This document shows, in pieces, positions 42,699 through 52,732 of a stretch of DNA of 64,000 nt. The stretch comes from Candidatus Omnitrophota bacterium (GTDB lineage: Bacteria > Omnitrophota > Gorgyraeia > JAHJTE01). The stretch is from the NCBI GenBank assembly GCA_018830005.1, contig JAHJTE010000001.1, positions 129,332-193,331 on the forward strand, in the 5' to 3' direction. How positions within the stretch are numbered: position 1 is the stretch's first letter; each line of letters starts with the position of its first letter. The notes beneath the pieces are model-generated. The model was not told the origin of the DNA and did not search any database. It saw only the letters and a list, made by a program, of their open reading frames with translations. The position numbers and the translations under genes were made by a program.

Positions 42699-43442
42699 AT
42701 GCCGGAAGAAATTGTAGAGATTAATAATTTAACTAAGTATTACAATAGACGTCTTAATCTATTCTCCCTAGAAAAGGTCCAAGCCCTGGATGCCTTGAAT
42801 CTGACGATATACAAAGGTGATATCTTTGCCCTTCTCGGACCAAACGGAGCCGGCAAGACCACCACCCTAAATATAATTGCCGGATTGCTAAGGCAATCAG
42901 GAGGCGAGGTTAAGGTTTTTGGTGAGAATTTTAATGTACATAGTGATGAGCTTAGATGCAAAATTGGCTACTTGTCAGAAGAAAATATATTACCGGATTA
43001 TGTCTCAGTAAAAGAACTTTTGGAATTTTTGGCTAATATCTTTGGTCAAAACTCTGCTCTTAGAAAAAAACGCATAGAATATTTAATTGAAATTTTCAAC
43101 CTCGAAGGTCTACTTAAAAAGCATATCCACCTTCTTTCTAGCGGCCAGAAAAGAATTATAGGTGTTGCCTGCGCGCTTATTAATGAGCCAGACTTGTTAA
43201 TTCTGGATGAGCCCACAGTATATTTAGACCCACTTGCCGTCAAACATTTAAGCAATATCATTATCAGCCTAAAAGATGAAGGCAAAACCGTTATTGTTAG
43301 CTCTCATATCTTAAGCCAGGTAGAGAAGCTATGTAATCGTTTGGCTATAATCAAAGATGGCAAACTGAAATTATCTGCCAAAACAGAAGATGTGTTAAGC
43401 CAGCGCTCTTTAGATGATGTATTCCTTGAGGTAACCTCTTAA
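42699..43442 (+). CDS. ABC transporter ATP-binding protein
   Basis: GPNGAGKTT, LSSGQ, LDEP and SSH. Confidence 0.92.
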   Translation: MPEEIVEINNLTKYYNRRLNLFSLEKVQALDALNLTIYKGDIFALLGPNGAGKTTTLNIIAGLLRQSGGEVKVFGENFNVHSDELRCKIGYLSEENILPDYVSVKELLEFLANIFGQNSALRKKRIEYLIEIFNLEGLLKKHIHLLSSGQKRIIGVACALINEPDLLILDEPTVYLDPLAVKHLSNIIISLKDEGKTVIVSSHILSQVEKLCNRLAIIKDGKLKLSAKTEDVLSQRSLDDVFLEVTS

Positions 43443-43452
43443 ATAAAATGTC

Positions 43453-44238
43453 ATGCGCCAAATTTTAGCGATATCTCGCATTAGTTTGAAGTTGGCATAC
43501 GGACCGACGTTTTTTATATTTACATGTATCGGCGCTCTATTTGTCCTTCCTTCACTTCTTTATTTTTTCCTGCCGGAATTAGCTCAATTTGGATATCGCA
43601 ACGCAGGCCAGAATGCTGCCTTAGCCGGATTAGGTTCTATAAATCTTTTTCTTATCTTTTTGAGCATCTCTTTAAGCCTTGCGGTATTAATGAAGCAATT
43701 TAGAAGAGATAATCTTATTTTTTTGCTTTCAAAGCCGATACAGCCAACGCAAATTTTTCTCGGAACAATAATTGCGTTAATAGTTGTTTTTTTAAGTTGC
43801 TGGGCCTTTTTATCGTTAGAGCTTTTAGTTATCATTGCTTTGTTTTCAAAAGAATTTTTGTTCCGAACAATGCTTGCTTTGTTTCCCGTTGCATTACTTG
43901 CGATATTATATACGACGTTGGCAGTATTTTTCTTTTCGCTATGGCCCAGTTTTCTCTCAGCTATTTTTCCGTTTTTACTTATTCTGACATCTTTGGCTAG
44001 AGTAGATATACAATCTCTTATTTCTTCATTTAACATTCTTTGGCTTAAGAAAATTATTGATATGTCTTTCTTTTTTATCCCGCCTGTAGGCCAAGTAATG
44101 GCAATTTCTCTTAAGAAATTAGATTTTCTTAATGTCGGAGTCAATATCGGCCCTGTTTTACTACATAGTATTTCCATCACCGTACTTTTACTAAGCTTTG
44201 CTCTGTTGTGGATATCTCGAAGATTCTCAAAGTTGTGA
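43453..44238 (+). CDS. ABC-2 type permease
   Basis: About six TM helices, LLSKPI motif; follows the ATPase. Confidence 0.7.
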   Translation: MRQILAISRISLKLAYGPTFFIFTCIGALFVLPSLLYFFLPELAQFGYRNAGQNAALAGLGSINLFLIFLSISLSLAVLMKQFRRDNLIFLLSKPIQPTQIFLGTIIALIVVFLSCWAFLSLELLVIIALFSKEFLFRTMLALFPVALLAILYTTLAVFFFSLWPSFLSAIFPFLLILTSLARVDIQSLISSFNILWLKKIIDMSFFFIPPVGQVMAISLKKLDFLNVGVNIGPVLLHSISITVLLLSFALLWISRRFSKL

Positions 44239-44284
44239 ACAGAAATAGCGAAATCGTATTTATCAGTATTGAAGGAGGAAAAAC

Positions 44285-44683
44285 ATGAAAAAGATTTTTA
44301 TTTTACTATCCGCCATTTTTATTATCTCGATGTTTATTATTATTTCTGATCAGGCGCATGCGGTGCTACTTAAGTTTAACCGTGAGGTAAGCGGTAAGAT
44401 TGTAGCTGTTGATTTGGAGGCTGAAAAGCCTACGATAACTGTAGAATACACTGAGGAAGATAGATATTATCGTAGTGAGCTTAAAAGAATAAATTTGATA
44501 ATAGAAGAAGGGACAAATATTGTAGACGAGGCTGGAGAACAGCTAGAAAAAGATAACTTAAATGTAGGCGATGTGGTTTCAGCATCTTATAAAATTAAAT
44601 ATGCTAATAATGCTATCCCCTTATGGAAGATTGCTACAGATATAACTCTAACCTCGAGCCTTGAAATAGAAAGCGAAAAATAG
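44285..44683 (+). CDS. Exported hypothetical protein with OB-like domain
   Basis: GGAGG SD, signal peptide ending AHA, GKIVAVD...LNVGDVV. Confidence 0.65.
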   Translation: MKKIFILLSAIFIISMFIIISDQAHAVLLKFNREVSGKIVAVDLEAEKPTITVEYTEEDRYYRSELKRINLIIEEGTNIVDEAGEQLEKDNLNVGDVVSASYKIKYANNAIPLWKIATDITLTSSLEIESEK

Positions 44684-44732
44684 ACTATTTAAGTTTGAAA
44701 TAAGATTTTGCTAATAGTATAATAAGAAACAT

Positions 44733-46310
44733 ATGAGTAAAAATTTCTTATCTAAATCTCGTAAGCGTGATAGTTGGGGGTCGCGTCTGGGTATTATTAT
44801 GGCTGTTGCCGGAAGCGCTGTGGGCCTGGGTAATTTCTTAAGGTTTCCTGCCAAGGCAGCTGCAAATGGCGGCGGCGCATTTATGATTCCCTACTTTGTA
44901 TCCTTGCTATTATTGGGCATTCCCTTAATGTGGATAGAATGGACATTAGGCCGTTATGGCGGCGGATTCGGTCATGGCACTGCTCCTGGAATCTTTCACA
45001 GCGTTTGGCAGAAAAACCGGTTTATAAAATATTTTGGCGTAATCGGCATTTTCGGGCCATTGGTAATCTTTATCTATTATTCTTATATTGCATCTTGGAC
45101 GCTGGGTTATAGCATCTTTGCCTTAACCGGAAAATATGCTGCTGCAGTCAATCAAGAGGCAATGCAGAGTTTCCTGCGAGGCTATCAGGGGCTTGAGGCT
45201 AACCAATATTTTGCCAGTATCGCACCTGCCTATATATTTTTCCTCATTACCTTTTTTGTCAATATTGGCATTATCTATAGAGGTATAAGAGGCGGCGTTG
45301 AGAAATTATGCAAGATTGCGATGCCTATTCTTTTTCTTTGTGGTTTTGTGCTCATGCTCAGAGTTCTGACATTAGGGACACCAGATCCAACCCGGCCTAG
45401 CTGGAATATAGTTAACGGTCTTGGTTTTTTATGGAATCCAGATCTTTCTGCTTTAACCTCAGCAAAGGTTTGGCTTGAAGCTGCAGGCCAGGTTTTCTTT
45501 ACCTTAAGTGTAGGAATAGGCGTCATACTCACCTATGCCAGTTACTTATCCAAAGGCGATGATATCGCGCTTTCTGGACTTTCTGCAGTTAGTACTAATG
45601 AATTTGCTGAGGTTATCTTAGGGGCGAGCATAATTATTCCCGCGGCATTTGTATTTTTTGGTCCAGATTCGGTAAGTAAGATTGCCCAGTCAGGAGTGTT
45701 CAATTTAGGTTTTGTTACCATGCCTCTGATATTAGCTAAGATTCCATTTCCCTTTATCTTTGGCTTTATTTGGTTTTTTCTCTTGTTTCTTGCTGGGATT
45801 ACCTCAAGTGTTTCCTTGGCTCAGCCGGCGGTTGCCTTCTTAGAAGATGAGTTTAATATTACTCGCAAGAAAGCAGTAATATTATTTGGAATAACAGTGT
45901 TTATCTTAAGCCATGCGGCAATATTTTTCTTAAAATATGGCGTTGTGGATGAGCTGGACTTCTGGGGAGGAACTTTCTTTTTGGTTTTGTTCGCTACGGT
46001 TGAGGCCATCCTCTTTGGCTGGGTATTTGGCATAGATAAGGCCTGGGAGGAGATTCATCATGGGGCAGAAATGAAGGTTCCCAAGGTTTATAAATTTGTA
46101 ATTAAATACGTTACACCTTTATTTTTACTTCTTGTACTCGGTGTTTGGTTCTTTCAAGAATGGCTTCCGATTATCTTCATGCAGAATATCTCTAGTGTTA
46201 ATAGGCCTTATATCCTTTTCACTAGGCTGGGTTTATTGGTGATGCTTTTTGTATTGGTTGCGTTAGTAAAGATTGCCTGGAAGAGGAAAAGGCAGGAAGT
46301 TACAGTTTAG
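44733..46310 (+). CDS. Neurotransmitter:sodium symporter (NSS) family transporter
   Basis: GSAVGLGNFLRFP, GGGAFMIPY and QVFFTLSVG. Confidence 0.93.
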   Translation: MSKNFLSKSRKRDSWGSRLGIIMAVAGSAVGLGNFLRFPAKAAANGGGAFMIPYFVSLLLLGIPLMWIEWTLGRYGGGFGHGTAPGIFHSVWQKNRFIKYFGVIGIFGPLVIFIYYSYIASWTLGYSIFALTGKYAAAVNQEAMQSFLRGYQGLEANQYFASIAPAYIFFLITFFVNIGIIYRGIRGGVEKLCKIAMPILFLCGFVLMLRVLTLGTPDPTRPSWNIVNGLGFLWNPDLSALTSAKVWLEAAGQVFFTLSVGIGVILTYASYLSKGDDIALSGLSAVSTNEFAEVILGASIIIPAAFVFFGPDSVSKIAQSGVFNLGFVTMPLILAKIPFPFIFGFIWFFLLFLAGITSSVSLAQPAVAFLEDEFNITRKKAVILFGITVFILSHAAIFFLKYGVVDELDFWGGTFFLVLFATVEAILFGWVFGIDKAWEEIHHGAEMKVPKVYKFVIKYVTPLFLLLVLGVWFFQEWLPIIFMQNISSVNRPYILFTRLGLLVMLFVLVALVKIAWKRKRQEVTV

Positions 46311-46321
46311 GGAGAATTAAG

Positions 46322-46426
46322 ATGACTTTAGGCGGCATAATTCTTTTGGTTATTTCCTGGAGTACGATACTTTCTTTGGTATTTTTTTGTTTTAAACGCA
46401 TATTTACGGCTAAGGAAATAAAATAA
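46322..46426 (+). CDS. 34-aa single-TM peptide, putative NSS transporter small subunit (MetS-like)
   Basis: GGGAG SD; MTLGGIILLVISWSTILSLVFFCFKRIFTAKEIK directly after the NSS gene. Confidence 0.7.
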   Translation: MTLGGIILLVISWSTILSLVFFCFKRIFTAKEIK

Positions 46427-46456
46427 TTTAATCTATAGAGTTAGAGGAGGGTTTCT

Positions 46457-46840
46457 ATGAAGAGGATAATTCCAATTTTGATTATTGGATTACTAAGTGC
46501 AGGTTGCGTACCATTGATTATCGGTGGCGTGGGGGTTTTAGGCGGTTATGCAATAAGTAGAGATACTGTTGCTGTTGAGTTGAGTAAGGATACACAAGAT
46601 ATCTGGCAGGCAGCAAAAGATGTAATTTCAGACTTAGGTTTTATCAAAAATGCTGATGAAGAGGCTAGGGTTATTGAGGCAGACGTCTTTTCAAGTTACG
46701 TGATTATTCGTATTGAGAAATTAACTGAAGCAACAAATCGCTTAAAAGTGAAATCGAGAAAATACTTTATGCCAAACATTGGCCTTGCCCAGAAGATATT
46801 TGTAAAAATAATGCAGAAGCTGGATCGTAGCTATAGATGA
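46457..46840 (+). CDS. Lipoprotein (DUF3568-like)
   Basis: LSAGC lipobox and a Gly-rich segment. Confidence 0.7.
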   Translation: MKRIIPILIIGLLSAGCVPLIIGGVGVLGGYAISRDTVAVELSKDTQDIWQAAKDVISDLGFIKNADEEARVIEADVFSSYVIIRIEKLTEATNRLKVKSRKYFMPNIGLAQKIFVKIMQKLDRSYR

Positions 46841-47643
46841 GAAAGAGATTACCTATGTTGAGGCAGACTATAAGCAGAGTTGTTTTGATAGTATTATTCT
46901 TTTTCTTAAGTTTTTTAGTTGGCTGCCAGCCGTGTCCTTTTCAAAAACAGATAAATGCCAAGGTCGCTGAAGTTATTGACGGCGATACTATAGAGCTGGC
47001 AGATGGTAGACTGGTTAGATATATAGGGATTGATACGCCAGAACTAAGCGAGCGAATAGGTGAAGACTGGATTGAAAAGAACGAACCTTTTGCCCAAAGC
47101 GCTAAATTGTTAAATGAAGAACTAGTAAAGGCAAAGACTGTAAGGCTAGAATTTGATAGAGAGCGCACTGATAAATACGGTAGATTGCTGGCATATTGTT
47201 TTGTAGATAATACATTTGTTAACGAAATTATCTTAGAGCAGGGGTTTGCTCTTTTGTATTTAATAGCTCCTAATATAAAATATTCAGAGATACTGGTAGC
47301 TGCTCAAGGCAAGGCGCGTGATAACAACAGGGGCCTATGGCAGGAAGAACTTTTCCTTAGAGCAGAAGAGGCGCATCGCTTTATCGGCAATATTGCCACT
47401 GTAGAGGGTGAAGTTCTGGATGTGGTAAAGTCTAGGAAAGTTATATATTTAAATTTTGATCGTGATTACCGGACTGATTTCACTGTGGTTATTTTTCAAG
47501 GCGACTTATCGACATTCCTCGCCGCTGGCATAAGCCCCGAAAGATATAAGGGCAGGGTTATCAGGGTCTTTGGTAAAATCAAGGAGTATAACGGACCAGA
47601 AATAGTTGTTGGACATCCGTCACAGATTGAAATTATTCGTTGA
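46837..47643 (+). CDS. Thermonuclease (SNase) family protein with C-terminal OB-fold
   Basis: VIDGDT, VRYIGIDTPE, DKYGRLLAY and RGLW; lipobox-like LVGC. Confidence 0.9.
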   Translation: MRKRLPMLRQTISRVVLIVLFFFLSFLVGCQPCPFQKQINAKVAEVIDGDTIELADGRLVRYIGIDTPELSERIGEDWIEKNEPFAQSAKLLNEELVKAKTVRLEFDRERTDKYGRLLAYCFVDNTFVNEIILEQGFALLYLIAPNIKYSEILVAAQGKARDNNRGLWQEELFLRAEEAHRFIGNIATVEGEVLDVVKSRKVIYLNFDRDYRTDFTVVIFQGDLSTFLAAGISPERYKGRVIRVFGKIKEYNGPEIVVGHPSQIEIIR

Positions 47644-47740
47644 TTTTTTTCCTTACTGACAGTTAAGGTCATAGCTAGAAACCAAAACAGAATATTGACA
47701 TCTGGCGCTATTTTGATAGAATAAGAGCCTGTCAAATCTG

Positions 47741-47816
47741 GCCGAGGTAGCTCAAATGGTAGAGCGCGGGACTGAAAATCCCGGCGTAGCCGGTTCGATC
47801 CCGGCCCTCGGCACCA
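47741..47816 (+). tRNA. tRNA-Phe(GAA)
   Basis: Cloverleaf GCCGAGG/CCTCGGC, anticodon loop CTGAAAA, encoded CCA. Confidence 0.97.
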
Positions 47817-47825
47817 TGTATATTT

Positions 47826-47851
47826 AAAAGGACTTAAAGAGTCCTTTTTTG
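47826..47851 (+). terminator. Terminator after tRNA-Phe
   Basis: AAAAGGACT...AGTCCTTTTTT. Confidence 0.7.
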
Positions 47852-47931
47852 TTTATAAGGCATGAAGTTTAGCAAGACCTTCATCCTTGTAGATAGTTGG
47901 AGTTTTTGATATAATCAAAGTCTGAAATTCT

Positions 47932-48004
47932 GCCGATGTAGCTCAGTTGGTAGAGCAGCGCTTTCGTAAAGCGCGGGTCGGAGGTTCGATCCCTCTCATC
48001 GGCT
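47932..48004 (+). tRNA. tRNA-Thr(CGT)
   Basis: Cloverleaf GCCGATG/CATCGGC, anticodon loop TTCGTAA, CCA not encoded. Confidence 0.95.
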
Positions 48005-48046
48005 TAAGTTATCCCTGAAAGCAAAATTCTTATAGGAAGATAGGCT

Positions 48047-49309
48047 GTGGCAAAATTTAGAGAAATTTTAAAAAATAAGAATTTTTTTCTCCTCTGGTTA
48101 AGCCAGATTATCTCCCAATTTGGAGACCGGCTTAATCAAATGGCGCTGATTGCTCTTATCTACAGCCGTGCTCCCGGCTCAACTTGGGAGATGGCAAAGC
48201 TGCTCTCCTTCACAATAATACCAGTATTTATAATTGGTCCGGTAGCTGGTGTTTATGTTGATAGATGGAGTAGGCAGCGCACCATGTTTGTCTGTGACTT
48301 AGCCCGTGCATGTCTAGTGTTTATAATTGCCTTTTATCTTTTGAATCTTAAGCCAATTTTTCCTATATACATTGCTATCTTTTTTGTATTTTCTGTTGGT
48401 AGATTCTTTGTTCCGGCTAAGATGTCTATAATACCGTCTTTGGTTAAAAAGAGTGATCTTCTTTTAGCTAATTCCCTAGTGCATACAACAGGCATGATTG
48501 CGGCAATGTTTGGATTAGGTATTGGGGGCCTATTAGTTTCTCCCCACATCTTGGGCGTAAAGGGTGGATTCTATTTAGATGCAGGCTCTTTCCTTGTCTC
48601 AGCTATAATGCTTTATTTTATTTCAGAAAATATTAGATTGAGAGTAACTAAAAGAGCCATTGCTGGGGTAAGCAAGGATATTGTGGAGGTTATAAAGAAA
48701 TCAATCTTAAGTGAGATAAAAGAGGCTTTCTATTTTTTGATTAAAAATCGTCAGACGCGTTATGTTGTTGCTGTGCTTTTTACATTGTGGTTAGCATTGG
48801 GTGCTGTCTATGTTGTCACCATTGTTTTTGTCCAGGAGGTCCTAGGTTCGATTACCTCTCAGTTAGGCCTTTTGGCTATCTGTTTAGGAGGAAGTTTGTT
48901 TGTCGGTTCCCTTATTTATGGCCGCCTGGGTCACAAATTGTCACATCTAAAGATTATATTTATCTCCTTTTCTTTAAGCGGCTTAGCACTCTTCCTATTT
49001 GCGATTTTGACATATACATTTAAGGAGTTTTGGATTGCTGCTATCTCTTGCTTTATGCTTGGGTTGACCCTTTCTCCGATTATGATTGCTTCAAATACGT
49101 TAGTACACAAATTAAGTGATAATAAAATGATGGGTAGAGTATTTAGTTCTCTGGAAGTTGTAATGCATATTGGTTTTCTCCTGGCAATGTTTATTAGCGC
49201 CTCTTTAGCTGAATTTTTAGGCAGATTCTGGATTTTGGTAGGAGCAGGTTTGGGTATTATTCTGTTTAGTATTTTTGGGCTTATAAGAGAATCAAGACGT
49301 CGAGCTTAA
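48047..49309 (+). CDS. MFS transporter (DHA3-like)
   Basis: LWLSQIISQFGD, GVYVDRWSR motif A, about 12 TM helices. Confidence 0.9.
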   Translation: MAKFREILKNKNFFLLWLSQIISQFGDRLNQMALIALIYSRAPGSTWEMAKLLSFTIIPVFIIGPVAGVYVDRWSRQRTMFVCDLARACLVFIIAFYLLNLKPIFPIYIAIFFVFSVGRFFVPAKMSIIPSLVKKSDLLLANSLVHTTGMIAAMFGLGIGGLLVSPHILGVKGGFYLDAGSFLVSAIMLYFISENIRLRVTKRAIAGVSKDIVEVIKKSILSEIKEAFYFLIKNRQTRYVVAVLFTLWLALGAVYVVTIVFVQEVLGSITSQLGLLAICLGGSLFVGSLIYGRLGHKLSHLKIIFISFSLSGLALFLFAILTYTFKEFWIAAISCFMLGLTLSPIMIASNTLVHKLSDNKMMGRVFSSLEVVMHIGFLLAMFISASLAEFLGRFWILVGAGLGIILFSIFGLIRESRRRA

Positions 49310-49332
49310 GCTCGAGCTTAAGCTCGGCTTAA
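49301..49332. repeat. 12-bp self-palindromic tandem repeat
   Basis: CGAGCTTAAGCT x2 plus a partial third copy, spanning the MFS stop codon. Confidence 0.8.
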
Positions 49333-49341
49333 TATAATTTT

Positions 49342-50622
49342 ATGAAATACCATAAAGAACGTACTAAAGATATGCCGATTCAGGAGTTAGGTTTACCTGA
49401 AAGCGTTAGCATACCTCTAAGCCAGCATATTGGTAAAATCTGCCAACCCAGAGTTAAGGTAGGAGACAGGGTATTGCGGGGTGAACAAATAGCAAGTTGC
49501 GAATCTGGTTTTTTTGCGCCTATCCATTCTTCGATTTCTGGTGAGGTGACATCCATCAAGAATATGCCTCATCCAAGTAATGGAAGTTGCCTTAGTGTCC
49601 AGATAAAAAGCGATGCTAAAGATGAGGCAATAGAGGACATTCGTCGCAAGCCAAGGAGCCAAGAAGAAGTCGATAATTTAAGCAAAGATACCTTAGGCAA
49701 AATCATCCTTGATGCAGGTATTGTGGGTATGGGAGGTGCGGCATTTCCTACCCATATAAAGTTAAAACCTCCTAAGCCGGTTGATACCTTTATCTTAAAT
49801 GCAGCAGAGTGCGAGCCCTATTTGACAAGCGATTATCGGCTCATGATTGAGAATCCCGAAGGTATTATTTCCGGGATGAAATTGATGCTTAAGATCTTAG
49901 GTACGCGAAATGTTTATTTGGCTATTGAAGATAATAAGCCAGAGGCTATAAAAAAATTTAAGAGTCTGGCTAAAAATAATGATTTTAAAGTCTGTGTCTT
50001 AAAGACAGTTTATCCTCAAGGAGGCGAAAAGCAGCTTACGCAGAGTATACTAGCCAAGGAAGTTCCTGCTGGTGGGCTTCCTTTTGATATTGGAGTTGTA
50101 GTTCAGAATGTGGCAACTGCATTTGCAGTGTATGAGGCAGTTTATCTTCGAAAGCCGTTATATGAGAGGGTTGTTACTGTATGTGGTTCGGCATTAGCTA
50201 ATCCTAAGAATCTACGTGTAAGAATCGGTACCTCAATAAGAGAGCTTATTGCATTTTGTGCGCCTTTGCAGCAGGAAGTAAGAAAGATCATAATTGGCGG
50301 CCCAATGATGGGTATTGCCCAGAGCAGTATGGATGTGCCTATTATTAAAGCCAGCGGCGGAGTAATCCTGTTTTCAAAAAATGAGGTGAGTCTCAGGCAG
50401 GATCGTGTTTGCTGTCGCTGTGCACGTTGTGTTGACATTTGTCCAGCGCGTATTGAACCAGCAATGATAACAATCGCTATAGAAAAAGAAAAGTGGGATA
50501 TGCTGGCAGAGTTCAATATCTTTGATTGTATTGAGTGTGGACTGTGTAGTTACATCTGTCCGGCAAAACGCGATTTAGTCCATTTAATCCGATATGGAAA
50601 AGAAAGAGTTAAAGTTAGGTAG
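49342..50622 (+). CDS. rnfC: Rnf complex subunit C
   Basis: QHIG, GIVGMGGAAFPTH, NAAECEPYLT, YPQGGEK and two ferredoxin motifs. Confidence 0.95.
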   Translation: MKYHKERTKDMPIQELGLPESVSIPLSQHIGKICQPRVKVGDRVLRGEQIASCESGFFAPIHSSISGEVTSIKNMPHPSNGSCLSVQIKSDAKDEAIEDIRRKPRSQEEVDNLSKDTLGKIILDAGIVGMGGAAFPTHIKLKPPKPVDTFILNAAECEPYLTSDYRLMIENPEGIISGMKLMLKILGTRNVYLAIEDNKPEAIKKFKSLAKNNDFKVCVLKTVYPQGGEKQLTQSILAKEVPAGGLPFDIGVVVQNVATAFAVYEAVYLRKPLYERVVTVCGSALANPKNLRVRIGTSIRELIAFCAPLQQEVRKIIIGGPMMGIAQSSMDVPIIKASGGVILFSKNEVSLRQDRVCCRCARCVDICPARIEPAMITIAIEKEKWDMLAEFNIFDCIECGLCSYICPAKRDLVHLIRYGKERVKVR

Positions 50623-51574
50623 GCTTGTTGTTTCAAGCAGCCCTCATATTGAGGAAGACGATCACATCATAAGAAGGATGTGGGCGACTTTTATTGCACT
50701 TCTCCCTGTGGGTTTTGCGGGAGTTTATATCTTTGGCATACACTCACTCTATGTAATATTAGTTTCTTTGGCAGCTGCAGCATTGACAGAGATTGCCTGT
50801 CAGAAAATGCAGCGGCGTAAAGTTACTGCCTCTGATGGAAGTGCCTTAATCTGTGGGCTTTTACTTGCTTACAACCTGCCGCCAGATGTCCCTGTCTGGA
50901 TACCTATTCTGGGTACAGTTTTTGCAGTAGGAGTGGGAAAGCATTTATTTGGAGGACTGGGATTTAATATATTTAATCCTGCTTTGGTTGGCCGGGCCTT
51001 TTTAATGACCTCCTGGCCAACGCATATGACAAGTTGGACTAATCCTCGTTTTGCTATCGATGCTGTGAGCTCTGCGACTCCTTTAACAATCCTTAAGGAA
51101 AAAGGCGTATTCTCTATATCAGAACTCCCTTTAAATTATTGGGATCTATTTATCGGCAACAGAGGTGGATGTATTGGTGAGGTTTGTGTTATTGCCCTTC
51201 TTGTTGGTGCAGCATACTTATTATATAAACAATATATATCCTGGCAAACACCCATATCCTTTATTTTGACAACAGGATTTTTAAGCTGGGTATTTTCCGG
51301 CTCAAGGTTGTTTAGTGGTGATTTTCTCCTTTCTATACTTTCCGGCGGATTGATTCTGGGTGCCTTTTTTATGGCTACAGATTATGTTACAGGGCCGCTT
51401 ACCAAAAAGGGTAAACTTATTTTTGGGCTTGGCTGCGGCCTGATTACTTTTCTTATTCGAAAATATGGCGGCTATCCGGAAGGCGTCTCTTACGCCATTC
51501 TTACTATGAATGCCTTTGTTCCGACGATCGATAGGTTTTGCAGGTTGAAACCCTATGGGTTTAAGAGGGGTTAA
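50594..51574 (+). CDS. rnfD: Rnf complex subunit D
   Basis: SSSPH, GGLGFNIFNPA, SATPL (FMN-Thr) and MATDY. Confidence 0.95.
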   Translation: MEKKELKLGRLVVSSSPHIEEDDHIIRRMWATFIALLPVGFAGVYIFGIHSLYVILVSLAAAALTEIACQKMQRRKVTASDGSALICGLLLAYNLPPDVPVWIPILGTVFAVGVGKHLFGGLGFNIFNPALVGRAFLMTSWPTHMTSWTNPRFAIDAVSSATPLTILKEKGVFSISELPLNYWDLFIGNRGGCIGEVCVIALLVGAAYLLYKQYISWQTPISFILTTGFLSWVFSGSRLFSGDFLLSILSGGLILGAFFMATDYVTGPLTKKGKLIFGLGCGLITFLIRKYGGYPEGVSYAILTMNAFVPTIDRFCRLKPYGFKRG

Positions 51575-51578
51575 TAAG

Positions 51579-52109
51579 ATGTTTCGTTATGCTTTGATAT
51601 TAATGACTATTTGCTTAGTAAGTGCATTTGTTTTGGCAGGTACTTACAAGGTTACTCATCCTGTTTACTTAGAACAGATGCTAGAAGAGGAAAAACAGGC
51701 CCTAGGAGAGATCCTGCCTAAGGCAGTGGATTTTAAAGAGAGACAATATTGTGATTCATCATATTTTGTAGGTAGAGATATTCAGGGAAAGACTGTAGGT
51801 TATATTATTAGAGCCGAGACAAACGGATATTCATCCATAATCAAGATGCTCGTCGGTATTGATGCTGAAGGTACAATTGTTGGCATCAAAATTTTATCTC
51901 AACAGGAAACGCCCGGATTAGGTGCTAAAATCACAGAGGTAAGAAGCGGCAAAAAAAAACCTTGGTTTATTCAACAGTTTAAAGGTAAAAATTTCAAAGA
52001 TTTAAATCTAGAAAATATTGAATCAATTACTGCAGCTACGATTACCAGCCAGGCAATTGTGGAAGGACTTAAAAAAGAAATTAGCAAAATTCTGCCTTAT
52101 TTAAAATGA
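51579..52109 (+). CDS. rnfG: Rnf complex subunit G
   Basis: GY, ETPGLG and ITAATITS FMN site. Confidence 0.92.
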   Translation: MFRYALILMTICLVSAFVLAGTYKVTHPVYLEQMLEEEKQALGEILPKAVDFKERQYCDSSYFVGRDIQGKTVGYIIRAETNGYSSIIKMLVGIDAEGTIVGIKILSQQETPGLGAKITEVRSGKKKPWFIQQFKGKNFKDLNLENIESITAATITSQAIVEGLKKEISKILPYLK

Positions 52110-52732
52110 AGAGAACATTATTCCAGGAATTTTCAAAAGGCCTTAGCGTTAGCAATCCTGTATTCGGTCTTGTTTTGGGCCTATGTCCGGCCTTGGCAGT
52201 CTCTACCAGTGTAAGCAACGCCATAGGAATGAGTGCAGCAGTCATTTTTGTCTTAACTTGTTCAAACATTATAATCTCAAGTATCAAGAGATTAATCCCA
52301 AAAGAGATTCGCTTGCCTTGTTTTATCGTTGTAATTGCTACATTTGTTACTATTGTTGAATTAGTTCTACATGCATATTTTCCTAATCTGCGTACATCCC
52401 TGGGTATATTCGTGCCTTTAATCGTAGTTAACTGTATTATCTTAGGTCGGGCTGAGGCCTTTGCCTGCCGTAACACAGTTATGCGTTCGATGTTTGATGG
52501 CTTGGGAATGGGAGTGGGCTTTTCGTTTTCGCTTATTATTATTTCCGTGATAAGAGAGGTTTTAGGTACAGGGGAAATCTTAGGAATTCCTGTTCTAGCT
52601 AAAGCAGAGCCAGCTCTATTTTTTGTTTTAGCCCCAGGTGCTTTGTTTACGCTTGGAGTTTTGATTGCCATCTCCAACCATTTTCGCTATAAGAGAGGCC
52701 AAACAGTTAAACTCAAAGGGGGCTGTCATTGA
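52106..52732 (+). CDS. rnfE: Rnf complex subunit E
   Basis: LGLCPALAVS and PLIVVNCIILGRAEAFA. Confidence 0.93.
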   Translation: MKRTLFQEFSKGLSVSNPVFGLVLGLCPALAVSTSVSNAIGMSAAVIFVLTCSNIIISSIKRLIPKEIRLPCFIVVIATFVTIVELVLHAYFPNLRTSLGIFVPLIVVNCIILGRAEAFACRNTVMRSMFDGLGMGVGFSFSLIIISVIREVLGTGEILGIPVLAKAEPALFFVLAPGALFTLGVLIAISNHFRYKRGQTVKLKGGCH

